Below are positions 1 to 15,000 of a DNA stretch of 64,000 bases, in pieces. The stretch covers positions 248,001 to 312,000 of the forward strand of contig BROI01000007.1 of NCBI GenBank assembly GCA_027923505.1. The letters are read 5' to 3'. Source of the stretch: Mayamaea pseudoterrestris. Taxonomy: Eukaryota. A model generated the notes under the pieces. It did no database searches and was not told the DNA's origin. It was given only the letters and a program-made list of their open reading frames with translations. Within the stretch, counting starts at the first letter, position 1. Each line of letters starts with the position of its first letter. The translations under genes and the position numbers were made by a program.

Positions 1-3000
1 ATGGGTACGGCCTCCACGGTGGGTATGGCCAACACCACAAGTTGTCGATTCTTACCTGTCAAACGCCCCATGCCCTGGCCACCCAAATACCCAATGAGTC
101 AGGCAAAACATGTCCAGGGTATGCCATTGACAGGTGCATAGTCTCAAATGGTGCAAAAGGACTGCCTGGAGGCTGACACCATGGGTACGGCCTCCACGGT
201 GGGTATGGCCAACACCACAAGTTGTCGATTCTGACCTGTCAAACGCCCCATGCCCTGGCCACCCAAATACCCAATGAGTCAAGATGTCCAGGGTATGCCA
301 TTGACAGGTGCAGAGTCTCAAATGGTGCAAAATGGACTGCCTGGAGGCTGACACCATGGGTACGGCCTCCACGGTGGGTATGGCCAACACCACAAGTTGT
401 CGATTCTGACCTGTCAAACGCCCCATGCCCTGGCCACCCAAATACCCAATGAGTCAGGCCAAACATGTCCAGGGTATGCCATTGACAGGTGCATAGTCTC
501 AAATGGTGCAAAAGGACTGCCTGGAGGCTGACACCATGGGTACGGCCTCCACGGTGGGTATGGCCAACACCACAAGTTGTCGATTCTGACCTGTCAAACG
601 CCCCATGCCCTGGCCACCCAAATACCCAATGAGTCAGGCCAAACATGTCCAGGGTATGCCATTGACAGGTGCAGAGTCTCAAATGGTGCAAAAAGGACTG
701 CCTGGAGGCTGACACCATGGGTACGGCCTCCACGGTGGGTATGGCCAACACCACAAGTTGTCGATTCTGACCTGTCAAACGCCCCATGCCCTGGCCACCC
801 AAATACCCAATGAGTCAGGCCAAACATGTCCAGGGTATGCCATTGACAGGTGCATAGTCTCAAATGGTGCAAAAAGGACTGCCTGGAGGCTGACACCATG
901 GGTACGGCCTCCACGGTGGGTATGGCCAACACCACAAGTTGTCGATTCTGACCTGTCAAACGCCCCATGCCCTGGCCACCCAAATACCCAATGAGTCAGG
1001 CAAAACATGTCCAGGGTATGCCATTGACAGGTGCAGAGTCTCAAATGGTGCAAAAAGGACTGCCTGGAGGCTGACACCATGGGTACGGCCTCCACGGTGG
1101 GTATGGCCAACACCACAAGTTGTCGATTCTGACCTGTCAAACGCCCCATGCCCTGGCCACCCAAATACCCAATGAGTCAGGCCAAACATGTCCAGGGTAT
1201 GCCATTGACAGGTGCAGAGTCTCAAATGGTGCAAAAAGGACTGCCTGAAGGCTGACACCATGGGTACGGCCTCCACGGTGGGTATGGCCAACACCACAAG
1301 TTGTCGATTCTGACCTGTCAAACGCCCCATGCCCTGGCCACCCAAATACCCAATGAGTCAGGCAAAACATGTCCAGGGTATGCCATTGACAGGTGCAGAG
1401 TCTCAAATGGTGCAAAAGGACTGCCTGGAGGCTGACACCATGGGTACGGCCTCCACGGTGGGTATGGCCAACACCACAAGTTGTCGATTCTGACCTGTCA
1501 AACGCCCCATGCCCTGGCCACCCAAATACCCAATGAGTCAGGCCAAACATGTCCAGGGTATGCCATTGACAGGTGCAGAGTCTCAAATGGTGCAAAAGGA
1601 CTGCCTGGAGGCTGACACCATGGGTACGGCCTCCACTGTGGGTATGGCCAACACCACAAGTTGCCGATTCTTACCTGTCAAACGCCCCATGCCCTGGCCA
1701 CCCAAATACCCAATGAGTCAGGCAAAACATGTCCAGGGTATGCCATTGACAGGTGCATAGTCTCAAATGGTGCAAAAAGGACTGCCTGGAGGCTGACACC
1801 ATGGGTACGGCCTCCACGGTGGGTATGGCCAACACCACAAGTTGTCGATTCTTACCTGTCAAACGCCCCATGCCCTGGCCACCCAAATACCCAATGAGTC
1901 AGGCCAAACATGTCCAGGGTATGCCATTGACAGGTGCATAGTCTCAAATGGTGCAAAAAGGACTGCCTGGAGGCTGACACCATGGGTACGGCCTCCACGG
2001 TGGGTATGGCCAACACCACAAGTTGTCGATTCTTTACCTGTCAAACGCCCCATGCCCTGGCCACCCAAATACCCAATGAGTCAGGCAAAACATGTCCAGG
2101 GTATGCCATTGACAGGTGCATAGTCTCAAATGGTGCAAAAAGGACTGCCTGGAGGCTGACACCATGGGTACGGCCTCCACTGTGGGTATGGCCAACACCA
2201 CAAGTTGCAGATTCTGACCTGTCAAACGCCCCATGCCCTGGCCACCCAAATACCCAATGAGTCAGGCAAAACATGTCCAGGGTATGCCATTGACAGGTGC
2301 ATAGTCTCAAATGGTGCAAAAAGGACTGCCTGGAGGCTGACAACATGGGTACGGCCTCCACGGTGGGTATGGCCAACACCACAAGTTGCAGATTCTTCCC
2401 TGTCAAACGCCCCATGCCCTGGCCACCCAATTACCCAATGAGTCAGGCAAAACATGTCCAGGGTATGCCATTGACAGGTGCAGAGTCTCAAATGGTGCAA
2501 AAAGGACTGCCTGGAGGCTGAAAACATGGTTACGGCCTCCACTGTGGGTATGGCCAACACCACAAGTTGCAGATTCTTCCCTGTCAAACGCCCCATGCCC
2601 TGGCCACCCAAATACCCAATGAGTCAGGCCAAACATGTCCAGGGTATGCCATTGACAGGTGCATAGTCTCAAATGGTGCAAAAAGGACTGCCTGGAGGCT
2701 GACACCGTCCCTCCCACTGTGGGCTATGGCCAACACCTGTGCCGATTCCTGTCAAGCGCCCCATGCCCTGGCCGCCCTACCCTGTGGTAGACAAAACATC
2801 GGGTGCCATTGACGGTGCAGAAGTCTCAAATGGTGCAAGGACTGCCTGGAGGCTGACACCATGGGTGCGGCCTCCACTGTGGGTATGGCCAACACCACAA
2901 GTTGCAGATTCTTCCCTGTCAAACGCCCCATGCCCTGGCCACCCAAATACCGAATGATTTAGGCAAAACATTCCAGGGTATGCCATGGATAGGTGCAGAG

Positions 3001-6000
3001 TCTCAAATAGTGCAAAAAAGGACTACCTGGAGGCTAACACCATGGGTACGGCCTCCACTGTGGGTGTGACCAACACCACAAGTTGTAGATTCTGACCTGT
3101 CAAACGCCCCATGCCCTGGCCACCCAAATACCCAATGAGTCAGGCCAAACATGTCCAGGGTATGCCATTGACAGGTGCAGAGTCTCAAATGGTGCAAGAA
3201 GGACTGCCTGGAGGCTGACACCATGGGTACGGCCTCCACTGTGGGTATGGCCAACACCACAAGTTGCCGATTCTGACCTGTCAAACGCCCCATGCCCTGG
3301 CCACCCAAATACCCAATGAGTCAGGCAAAACATGTCCAGGGTATGCCATTGACAGGTGCAGAGTCTCAAATGGTGCAAAAAGGACTGCCTGGAGGCTGAA
3401 AGAAGCAGGCGGCCTCCACTGTGGGTATGGCCAACACCACAAGAGTTGCAGATTCTTCCTGTCAAACGCCCCATGCCCTGGCCTGCCCCAAATACCCAAT
3501 GATTCAGGCAAAACATGTCCAGGGTATGCCAATGACAGGTGCAGGGTCTCAAATGGTGCAAAAAGGACTGCCTGGAGGCTGACACCATGGTCACGGCCTC
3601 CACTGTGGGTATGGCCAACACCACAAGTTGTCAGATTTCCCTGTCAAACGCCCCCGCCCTGGCCACCCAAATACCCAATGAGTCAGGCAAAAGCATGTCA
3701 GGGTTGCCATTGACGGTGCAGAGTCTCAAATGGTGCAACAAGGACTGCCTGGAGGCTGACACCGTGGGTACGGCCTCCCTGTGGGTATGGCCAACACCAC
3801 ACGTTGCCGATTCTTCTGTCAAACGCCCCATGCCCTGGCCACCCCAAATACCTAATGAGTCCAGGCCAAACATGTCAGGGTGTGCCATTGACAGGTGCAG
3901 AGTCTCAAATGGTGCAAGGACTGCCTGGAGGCTGACACCGTGGATTACGGCCTCCACTGGGTATCGCCAACATCACAAGTTGCAGATTCTTCCCTGTCAA
4001 ACGCCCCCTGCCCTGGCCATCCAATACCCAAGTGGCCTGCCAGGGTATGCCATTGGCAGGTGCAGAGTCTCAAATGGTGCAAAAAGGACTGCCTGGAGGC
4101 TGACACCATGGAGTCCGGCCTCCACTGTGGGTATGTCCAACACCACAAGTTGCAGATTCTTCCTGTCAACGCCCCATGCCCTGCCACCCAAATCCAGTGG
4201 GTCAGGCAAAAACATGTCCAGAGGTATGCCATTGACAGGTGTAGTCTCGAAATGGTGCAAAAGACACTGCCTGGAGGCTGACAGCATGGAGTGCAGGCCT
4301 CCACTGTGGAGTATGCCAACACCACAAGTTTGCAGATTCTTCTGTCAACGCCCCATGCCCTGGCCACCCAAATACCCAATGAGTCCAGGCAAAACATGTC
4401 CAGGGTATGCTTGACAGGTGCATAGTCTCAAATGAATTGCAAAAGGACTGCCTGGAGGCTGACAGCATGGAGTGCGGCCTCCACTGTGGGTATGCCTCAC
4501 CACAAGTTGCAGATTCTTCCTGTCAAAGCGCCCCATGCCCTTGGCCACCCAAATACCCAATGTTAGTAGGCAAAAACATGTAGGGTAGGCCATTGACAGG
4601 TGCAGAGTCTCAAATGGTGCAAAAGGACTGCCTGGAGCTGACAACATGGTTACGGCCTCCACTTTTGGGTGCCAGCACACCTACAAGTTGCCAGATTCTT
4701 CCCTGTCAAACGCCCCAGCCCTGGCCACCCAACCACCCAATGGAGTCCAGGCAAAACATGTCCAGGGTAGGCCATTGACAGGTGCAGAGTCTCAAATGGG
4801 TGCAAAAAGGACTGCCACAGGAGGCTGACAGCATGGAGTCGCGTCCTCCACTGTGGGTGCTCAGCCAACACCACAAGTTGCAGATTCTTCCTGTCCAACG
4901 CCATGCCCTGGCCACCCAAATGCGCCCAATGAGTCAGGCAAAACATGTCAGGGTTGCCGGACAGGTGCCTGTGTCTCAAATGGTGCAAAAGGACTGCGTG
5001 GGGCTGACACCATGGGTACCGGCCTCCACCTGTTGTGGTGTAGCCAACACCACAAAGTTGCAGATTCTTCCCCGTCAAACGCCCATGCCCTGGCCACCCA
5101 AATACCCAATGAGTCAGTAGTCTATGTCCAGGAGTATGCCATTGACAGGTGCATAGTCTCAAATGGTGCAAAAGGACTGCCACGACTGAAAGGCACCATG
5201 GCTACGGCCTCCACTGTGGGTATGGCCAACACCACAAGTTGCAGATTCTTTCCCTGTCAAGCGCCCCATGCCCTGGCCACCCAGAGTTCTCACGTGAGTC
5301 AGGCAAAACATGTCCAGGGTATGCCATTGACAGGTGCATAGTGTCAAATGAATTGCAAAAGACTGCCTGGAGGCTGACAGCATGGTATGGCCTCCACTGT
5401 GGGTATGGCCAGCACCTGAGATTGCAGATTCATTTGTCGCCCCATGCCCTGGCCACCAAAATACCCAATGAGTCAGGCAAAACATGTCCATTGACAGGTA
5501 CAGAGTCTCAAATGGTGCAAAAAGGACTGCCTGGAAGCTGACACCATGGGTACGGCCTCCACTGTCGTTTGCCAACACCACAAGTGCCTTCTTCAAACGC
5601 CCCATGCCCTGGCCACCCTAATACCCAATGGGTCAGGCAAAACATGTCCAGGGTAGGCCATTGACAGGTGCATAGTCTCAAATGGTGCAAAAAGGACTGC
5701 CTGGAGGCTGGCAGGGTAGGTGCGGCCCGCACTGTGGGTATGCCAACACCACAAGTTGCAGATTCTTCCTGTCAGCGCCCCATGCCCTGGCCACCCAAAT
5801 CTCCACAATGAGTCAGGTAAAACATGTCCAGAGGTGAAGCCCATTGACAGGTGCAGAGTCTCAAATGGTGCAAAAGGACTGCCCTGGGGCTGACACCATG
5901 GTACGGCCTCCTGTGGTATGGCCAACCCACAAGTTGCCGGTTCTTCCTGTCAAGTGGGTATGGCCAACACCACAAGTTGCAGATTCTGACCTGTCAAACG

Positions 6001-9000
6001 CCCCATGCCCTGGCCACCCAAATACCCAATGAGTCAGGCAAAACATGTCCAGGGTATGCCATTGACAGGTGCATAGTCTCAAATGGTGCAAAAAGGACTG
6101 CCTGGAGGCTGACAACATGGGTACGGCCTCCACGGTGGGTATGGCCAACACCACAAGTTGCAGATTCTTCCCTGTCAAACGCCCCATGCCCTGGCCACCC
6201 AATTACCCAATGAGTCAGGCAAAACATGTCCAGGGTATGCCATTGACAGGTGCAGAGTCTCAAATGGTGCAATAAGGACTGCCTGGAGGCTGAAAACATG
6301 GTTACGGCCTCCACTGTGGGTATGGCCAACACCACAAGTTGCAGATTCTTCCCTGTCAAACGCCCCATGCCCTGGCCACCCAAATACCCAATGAGTCAGG
6401 CCAAACATGTCCAGGGTATGCCATTGACAGGTGCATAGTCTCAAATGGTGCAAAAAGGACTGCCTGGAGGCTGACACCGTCCCTCCCACTGTGGGCTATG
6501 GCCAACACCTGTGCCGATTCCTGTCAAGCGCCCCATGCCCTGGCCGCCCTACCCTGTGGTAGACAAAACATCGGGTGCCATTGACGGTGCAGAAGTCTCA
6601 AATGGTGCAAGGACTGCCTGGAGGCTGACACCATGGGTGCGGCCTCCACTGTGGGTATGGCCAACACCACAAGTTGCAGATTCCCCTGTCAAACGCCCCA
6701 TGCCCTGGCCACCCAAATACCGAATGATTTAGGCAAAACATTCCAGGGTATGCCATGGATAGGTGCAGAGTCTCAAATAGTGCAAAAAAGGACTACCTGG
6801 AGGCTAACACCATGGGTACGGCCTCCACTGTGGGTGTGACCAACACCACAAGTTGTAGATTCTGACCTGTCAAACGCCCCATGCCCTGGCCACCCAAATA
6901 CCCAATGAGTCAGGCCAAACATGTCCAGGGTATGCCATTGACAGGTGCAGAGTCTCAAATGGTGCAAGAAGGACTGCCTGGAGGCTGACACCATGGGTAC
7001 GGCCTCCACTGTGGGTATGGCCAACACCACAAGTTGCCGATTCTGACCTGTCAAACGCCCCATGCCCTGGCCACCCAAATACCCAATGAGTCAGGCAAAA
7101 CATGTCCAGGGTATGCCATTGACAGGTGCAGAGTCTCAAATGGTGCAAAAAGGACTGCCTGGAGGCTGAAAGAAGCAGGCGGCCTCCACTGTGGGTATGG
7201 CCAACACCACAAGATTTGCAGATTCTTCCTGTCAAACGCCCCATGCCCTGGCCTGCCCCAAATACCCAATGATTCAGGCAAAACATGTCCAGGGTATGCC
7301 AATGACAGGTGCAGGGTCTCAAATGGTGCAAAAAGGACTGCCTGGAGGCTGACACCATGGTCACGGCCTCCACTGTGGGTATGGCCAACACCACAAGTTG
7401 TCAGATTTCCCTGTCAAACGCCCCCGCCCTGGCCACCCAAATACCCAATGAGTCAGGCAAAAGCATGTCAGGGTTGCCATTGACGGTGCAGAGTCTCAAA
7501 TGGTGCAACAAGGACTGCCTGGAGGCTGACACCGTGGGTACGGCCTCCCTGTGGGTATGGCCAACACCACACGTTGCCGATTCTTCTGTCAAACGCCCCA
7601 TGCCCTGGCCACCCCAAATACCTAATGAGTCCAGGCCAAACATGTCAGGGTGTGCCATTGACAGGTGCAGAGTCTCAAATGGTGCAAGGACTGCCTGGAG
7701 GCTGACACCGTGGATTACGGCCTCCACTGGGTATCGCCAACATCACAAGTTGCAGATTCTTCCCTGTCAAACGCCCCCTGCCCTGGCCATCCAATACCCA
7801 AGTGGCCTGTCAGGGTATGCCATTGGCAGGTGCAGAGTCTCAAATGGTGCAAAAAGGACTGCCTGGAGGCTGACACCATGGAGTCCGGCCTCCACTGTGG
7901 GTATGTCCAACACCACAAGTTGCAGATTCTTCCTGTCAACGCCCCATGCCCTGCCACCCAAATCCAGTGGGTCAGGCAAAAACATGTCCAGAGGTATGCC
8001 ATTGACAGGTGTAGTCTCGAAATGGTGCAAAAGACACTGCCTGGAGGCTGACAGCATGGAGTGCAGGCCTCCACTGTGGAGTATGCCAACACCACAAGTT
8101 TGCAGATTCTTCTGTCAACGCCCCATGCCCTGGCCACCCAAATACCCAATGAGTCCAGGCAAAACATGTCCAGGGTATGCTTGACAGGTGCATAGTCTCA
8201 AATGAATTGCAAAAGGACTGCCTGGAGGCTGACAGCATGGAGTGCGGCCTCCACTGTGGGTATGCCTCACCACAAGTTGCAGATTCTTCCTGTCAAAGCG
8301 CCCCATGCCCTTGGCCACCCAAATACCCAATGTTAGTAGGCAAAAACATGTAGGGTAGGCCATTGACAGGTGCAGAGTCTCAAATGGTGCAAAAGGACTG
8401 CCTGGAGCTGACAACATGGTTACGGCCTCCACTTTTGGGTGCCAGCACACCTACAAGTTGCCAGATTCTTCCCTGTCAAACGCCCCAGCCCTGGCCACCC
8501 AACCACCCAATGGAGTCCAGGCAAAACATGTCCAGGGTAGGCCATTGACAGGTGCAGAGTCTCAAATGGGTGCAAAAAGGACTGCCACAGGAGGCTGACA
8601 GCATGGAGTCGCGTCCTCCACTGTGGGTGCTCAGCCAACACCACAAGTTGCAGATTCTTCCTGTCCAACGCCATGCCCTGGCCACCCAAATGCGCCCAAT
8701 GAGTCAGGCAAAACATGTCAGGGTTGCCGGACAGGTGCCTGTGTCTCAAATGGTGCAAAAGGACTGCGTGGGGCTGACACCATGGGTACCGGCCTCCACC
8801 TGTTGTGGTGTAGCCAACACCACAAAGTTGCAGATTCTTCCCCGTCAAACGCCCATGCCCTGGCCACCCAAATACCCAATGAGTCAGTAGTCTATGTCCA
8901 GGAGTATGCCATTGACAGGTGCATAGTCTCAAATGGTGCAAAAGGACTGCCACGACTGAAAGGCACCATGGCTACGGCCTCCACTGTGGGTATGGCCAAC

Positions 9001-12000
9001 ACCACAAGTTGCAGATTCTTTCCCTGTCAAGCGCCCCATGCCCTGGCCACCCAGAGTTCTCACGTGAGTCAGGCAAAACATGTCCAGGGTATGCCATTGA
9101 CAGGTGCATAGTGTCAAATGAATTGCAAAAGACTGCCTGGAGGCTGACAGCATGGTATGGCCTCCACTGTGGGTATGGCCAGCACCTGAGATTGCAGATT
9201 CATTTGTCGCCCCATGCCCTGGCCACCAAAATACCCAATGAGTCAGGCAAAACATGTCCATTGACAGGTACAGAGTCTCAAATGGTGCAAAAAGGACTGC
9301 CTGGAAGCTGACACCATGGGTACGGCCTCCACTGTCGTTTGCCAACACCACAAGTGCCTTCTTCAAACGCCCCATGCCCTGGCCACCCTAATACCCAATG
9401 GGTCAGGCAAAACATGTCCAGGGTAGGCCATTGACAGGTGCATAGTCTCAAATGGTGCAAAAAGGACTGCCTGGAGGCTGGCAGGGTAGGTGCGGCCCGC
9501 ACTGTGGGTATGCCAACACCACAAGTTGCAGATTCTTCCTGTCAGCGCCCCATGCCCTGGCCACCCAAATCTCCACAATGAGTCAGGTAAAACATGTCCA
9601 GAGGTGAAGCCCATTGACAGGTGCAGAGTCTCAAATGGTGCAAAAGGACTGCCCTGGGGCTGACACCATGGTACGGCCTCCTGTGGTATGGCCAACCCAC
9701 AAGTTGCCGGTTCTTCCTGTCAAGGCCGCCCCCTGCCCTGGCCACCCAAATACCCAATGAGTCCCAGGCAAAACATGTCAGGGTGCCATTGGTGACGGTG
9801 TAGTTCAAATGGTGCAAGGACTGCCTGGAGGCCGACACCATCGTGCGGCCTACTGTGGTATGGCCAACACCACAAGTTGCAGATTCTTCCTGTCAACGCC
9901 CCATGCCCTGGCCACCCCAAATACCCAATGAGTCCAGTATAAAGCAACATGTCCAGGGGATGCCATTGACAGGTGCTGAGAGTCTCAAATGGTGCAAAAG
10001 GACGCCTGGAGGCTGGCACATCGGCCTCCGCGTCGTTTGGCCCATTGCAGTCTCTGTCAAGCTCCCCTGGCCACCCAAATACCCAATGAGTCAGGCAAAA
10101 CATGTCCAGGGTATGCCATTTGACAGGTGCATAGTCTCAAATGGTGCAAAAAGGACTGCCTGGAGAGGCTGACAGCATGGTGCAGGCCTCCCTGCGGTGT
10201 TTCCAACACACAAGTTGCGATTCTGACTGTCAAAGGCCCCATGTCCCCACACCCAAATACCCAATGAGTCAGGCCAAACATGTCCAGGGTATGCCATTGA
10301 CAGGTGCAGAGTCTCATATGGTGCAAAAAGGACTGCCTGGAGGCTGACACCATGGGTACAGCCTCCACGGTGGGTATGGCCAACGCCACAAGTTAACGAT
10401 TCTGACCTGTCAAACGCCCCATGCCCTGGCCACCCAAATACCCAATGAGTCAGGCCAAACATGTCCAGGGTATGCCATTGACAGGTGCAGAGTCTCAAAT
10501 GGTGCAAAAAGGACTGCCTGGAGGCTGACACCATGGGTTCGGCCTCCACGGTGGGTATGGCCAACACCACAAGTTGTCGATTCTGACCTGTCAAATGCCC
10601 GTCTGGCCACCCAAATACCCGATGAGTCAGGGCAAACATGTCCAGGGTATGCCATTGACAGGTGCAGAGTCTCAAATGTGCAAAAGGACTGCTGAGGCTG
10701 ACACCATGGTACGGCTCTCCATCGTGGGTATGGCCAACACCACAAGTTGTCGATTCTGACCTGTCAAACGTCCCATGCCCTGGCCACCCAAATAACCAAT
10801 GAGTCAGGCCAAACATGTCCAGGGTATGCCATTGACAGGTTAGTCTCATGGTGCAAAAGGATGCCTGAGGCTGACACCATGGGTACCGCCCCACGTGGGT
10901 ATGGCCAACACCCCAAGCTGTCGATCTCTGGATCCGTCAAACGCCCCCCATGCCCTGGCCACCCAAATACCCAATGAGTCAGGCCAAACATGTCCAGGGT
11001 ATGCCATTGACAGGTGCAGAGTCTCAAATGGTGCAAAAAGGACTGCTGAAAGGCTGACACCATGGGTACGGCCTCCACGGTGGGTAGGGCCAACACCACA
11101 AGTTGTCGATTCTGACCTGTCAAATGCCCCATGCCCTGGCCACCCAAATACCCAATGAGTCAGGCCAAACATGTCCAGGGTATCCCATTGACAGGTGCAG
11201 AGTCTCAAATGGTGCAAAAAGGACTGCCTGGAGGCTGACACCATGGGTACGGTCTCCACGGTGGGTATGGCCAACACCACAAGTTGTCGATTCTGACCTG
11301 TCAAACGCCCCATGCCCTGGCCACCCAAATACCAGAGTCAGGCAAAACATGTCCAGGGTATGCCATTGACAGTGCAGAGTCTCAAAATGGTGCAAAAGGA
11401 CTGACTGGAGGCTGTCATCATGGGTACGGCCTCCCCGGTGGGTATGGCCAACACCACAAGTTGTCGATTCTGACCTGTCTAAACGCCCCATGCCCTGGCA
11501 CCCAAATACCCAATGAGTCAGGCCAAAACATGTCCAGGGTATGCCATTGACAGGTGCAGAGTCTCAAATGGTGCAAAAAGGACTGCCCTGGAGGCTGACA
11601 CCATGGGTACGGCCTCCACGGTGGGTATGGCCAGCACCACAAGTTGTCGACTTGACCTGTCAAACGCCCCATGCCCTGGCCACCCAAATACCCAATGAGT
11701 CAGGCCAAACATGTCCAGGGTATGCCATTGACAGGTGCAGAGTCTCAAATGGTGCAAAAAAAAACTGCCTGGAGGCTGACACCATGGGTACGGCCTCCAC
11801 GGTGGGTATGGCCAACACCACAAGTTGTCGATTCTGACCTGTCAAACGCCCCATGCCCTGGCCACCCAAATACCCAATGAGTCAGGCCAAACATGTCCAG
11901 GGTATGCCATTGACAGGTGCAGAGTCTCAAATGGTGCAAAAAAGGCCTGCCTGGAGGCTGACACCATGGGTACGGCCTCCACGGTTGGTATGGCCAACAC

Positions 12001-15000
12001 CACAAGTTGTTGATTCTGACCTGTCAAACGCCCCATGCCCTGGCCACCCAAATACCCAATGAGTCAGCCCAAACATGTCCAGGGTATGCCATTGACAGGT
12101 GCAGAGTCTCAAATGGTGCAAAAGGACTGCCTGGAGGCTGACACCATGGGTACGGCCTCCACGGTGGGTATGGCCAACACCACAAGTTGTCGATCCTGAC
12201 CTGTCAAACGCCCCATGCCCTGGCCACCCAAATACCCAATGAGTCAGGCCAAACATGTCCAGGGTATGCCATTGACAGGTGCATAGTCTCAAATGGTGCA
12301 AAAAGGACTGCCTGGAGGCTGACACCATGGGTACGGCCTCCAGGGTGGGTATGGCCAACACCACAAGTTGTCGATTCTGACCTGTCAAACGCCCCATGCC
12401 CTGGCCACCCAAATACCCAATGAGTCAGGCCAAACATGTCCAGGGTATGCCATTGACAGGTGCAGAGTCTCAAATGGTGCAAAAAGGACTGCCTGGAGGC
12501 TGACACCACTGGTACGGCCTCCACGGTGGGTATGGCCAACACCACAAGTTGTCGATTCTGACCTGTCAAACGCCCCATGCCCTGGCCACCCAAATACCCA
12601 ATGAGTCAGGCAAAACATGTCCAGGGTATGCCATTGACAGGTGCATAGTCTCAAATGGTGCGAAAAGGACTGCCGCAGGTTGACACCATGGGTACGGCCT
12701 CCCACGGTGGTATGGCCAACACCACAAGTTGTCGATTCTGACCTGTCAAACGCCCCATGCCCTGGCCACCCAAATACCCAATGAGTCAGGCAAAACATGT
12801 CCAGGGTATGCCATTGACAGGTGCAGAGTCTCAAATGGTGCAAAAAGGACTGCCTGGAGGCTGACACCACTGGTATGGCCTCCACGGTGGGTATGGCCAA
12901 CACCACAAGTTGTCGATTCTGACCTGTCAAACGCCCCATGCCCTGGCCACCCAAATACCCAATGAGTCAGGCCAAACATGTCCAGGGTATGCCATTGACA
13001 GGTGCACAGTCTCAAATGGTGCAAAAAGGACTGCCTGGAGGCTGACACCATGGGTACGGCCTCCACGGTGGGTATGGCCAACACCACAAGTTGTCGATTC
13101 TGACCCGTCAAACGCCCCATGCCCTGGCCACCCAAATACCCAATGAGTCAGGCCAAACATGTCCAGGGTATGCCATTGACAGGTGCAGAGTCTCAAATGG
13201 TGCAAAAAGGACTGCCTGGAGGCTGACACCATGGGTACGGCCTCCACGGTGGGTATGGCCAACACCACAAGTTGTCGATTCTGACCTGTCAAACCCCCAT
13301 GCCCCGGCCACCCAAATACCCAATGAGTCAGGCAAAACATGTCCAGGGAATGCCATTGATTGGTGCAGAGTCTCAAATGGTGCAAAAAGGACTGCCTGGA
13401 GGCTGACACCATGGGTACGGCCAACACCACAAGTTGTCGATTCTGACCTGTCAAACGCCCCATGCCCTGGCCACCCAAATACCCAATGAGTCAGGCCAAA
13501 CATGTCCAGGGTATGCATTGACAGGTGCAGAGTCTCAAAAAGGACTGTCTGGAGGCTGACACCATGGGTACGGCCTCCACGGTGGGTATGGCCAACACCA
13601 CAAGTTGTCGATTCTTTACTGGTCAAACGCCCAATGCCCTGGCCACCCAAATACCCAATGAGTCAGGCCAAACATGTCCAGGGTATGCCATTGACAGGTG
13701 CATAGTCTCAAATGGTGCAAAAAGGACTGCCTGGAGGCTGACACCACTGGTACACCTCCACGGTGGGTATGGCTAACACCACAAGTTGTCGATTCTGACC
13801 TGTCAAACGCCCCATGCCCTGGCCACCCAAATACCCAATGAGTCAGGCCAAACATGTCCAGGGTATGCCATTGACAAGTGCATAGTCTCAAATGGTGCAA
13901 AAAGGACTGCCTGGAGGCTGACACCATGGGTACGGCCTCCACGGTGGGTATGGCCAACACCACAAGTTGTCGATTCTGACCTGTCAAACGTTTATGCCCT
14001 GGCCACCCAAATACCCAATGATTCAGGCCAAACATGTCCAGGGTATGCCATTGACAGGTGCAGAGTCTCAAATGGTGCAAAAAGGACTGCCTGGAGGCTG
14101 ACACCATGGGTACGGCCTCCACGGTGGGTATGGCCAACACCACAAGTTGTCGATTCTGACCTGTCAAACGCCCCATGCCCTGGCCACCCAAATACCCAAT
14201 GAGTCAGGCCAAACATGTCCAGGGTATGCCATTGACAGGTGCATAGTCTCAAATGGTGCAAAAAGGACTGCCTGGAGGCCGACACCATGGGTACGCCTCC
14301 ACGGTGGGTATGGCCAACACCACAAGTTGTCGATTCTGACCTGTCAAACGCCCCCATGCCCTGGCCACCCAAATACCCAATGAGTCAGGCCAAACATGTC
14401 CAGGGTATGCCATTGACAGGTGCATAGTCTCAAATGGTGCAAAAAGGACTGCCTGGAGGCTGACACCATGGGTACGGCCTTCACGGTGGGTATGGCCAAC
14501 ACCACAAGTTGTCGATTCTGACCTGTCAAACGCCCCATGCCCTGGCCACCCAAATACCCAATGAGTCAGGCCAAGTTAGGACCCTAACAGGTGCAGAGTC
14601 TCAAATGGTGCAAAAAGGACTGCCTGGAGGCTGACACCATGGGTACGGCCTCCACGGTGGGTATGGCCAACACCACAAGTTGTCGATTCCGACCTGTCAA
14701 ACGCCCCATGCCCTGGCCACCCAAATACCCAATGAGTCAGGCCAAACATGTCCAGGGTATGCCATTGACAGGTGCATAGTCTCAAATGGTGCAAAAAGGA
14801 CTGCCTGGAGGCTGACACCATGGGTACGCCTCCACGGTGGGTATGGCCAACACCACAAGTTGTCGATTCTGACCTGTCAAACGCCCCATGCCCTGGCCAC
14901 CCAAATACCCAATGAGTCAGGCAAACATGTCCAGGGTATGCCATTGACAGGTGCATAGTCTCAAATGGTGCAAAAAGGACTGCCTGGAGGCTGACACCAT

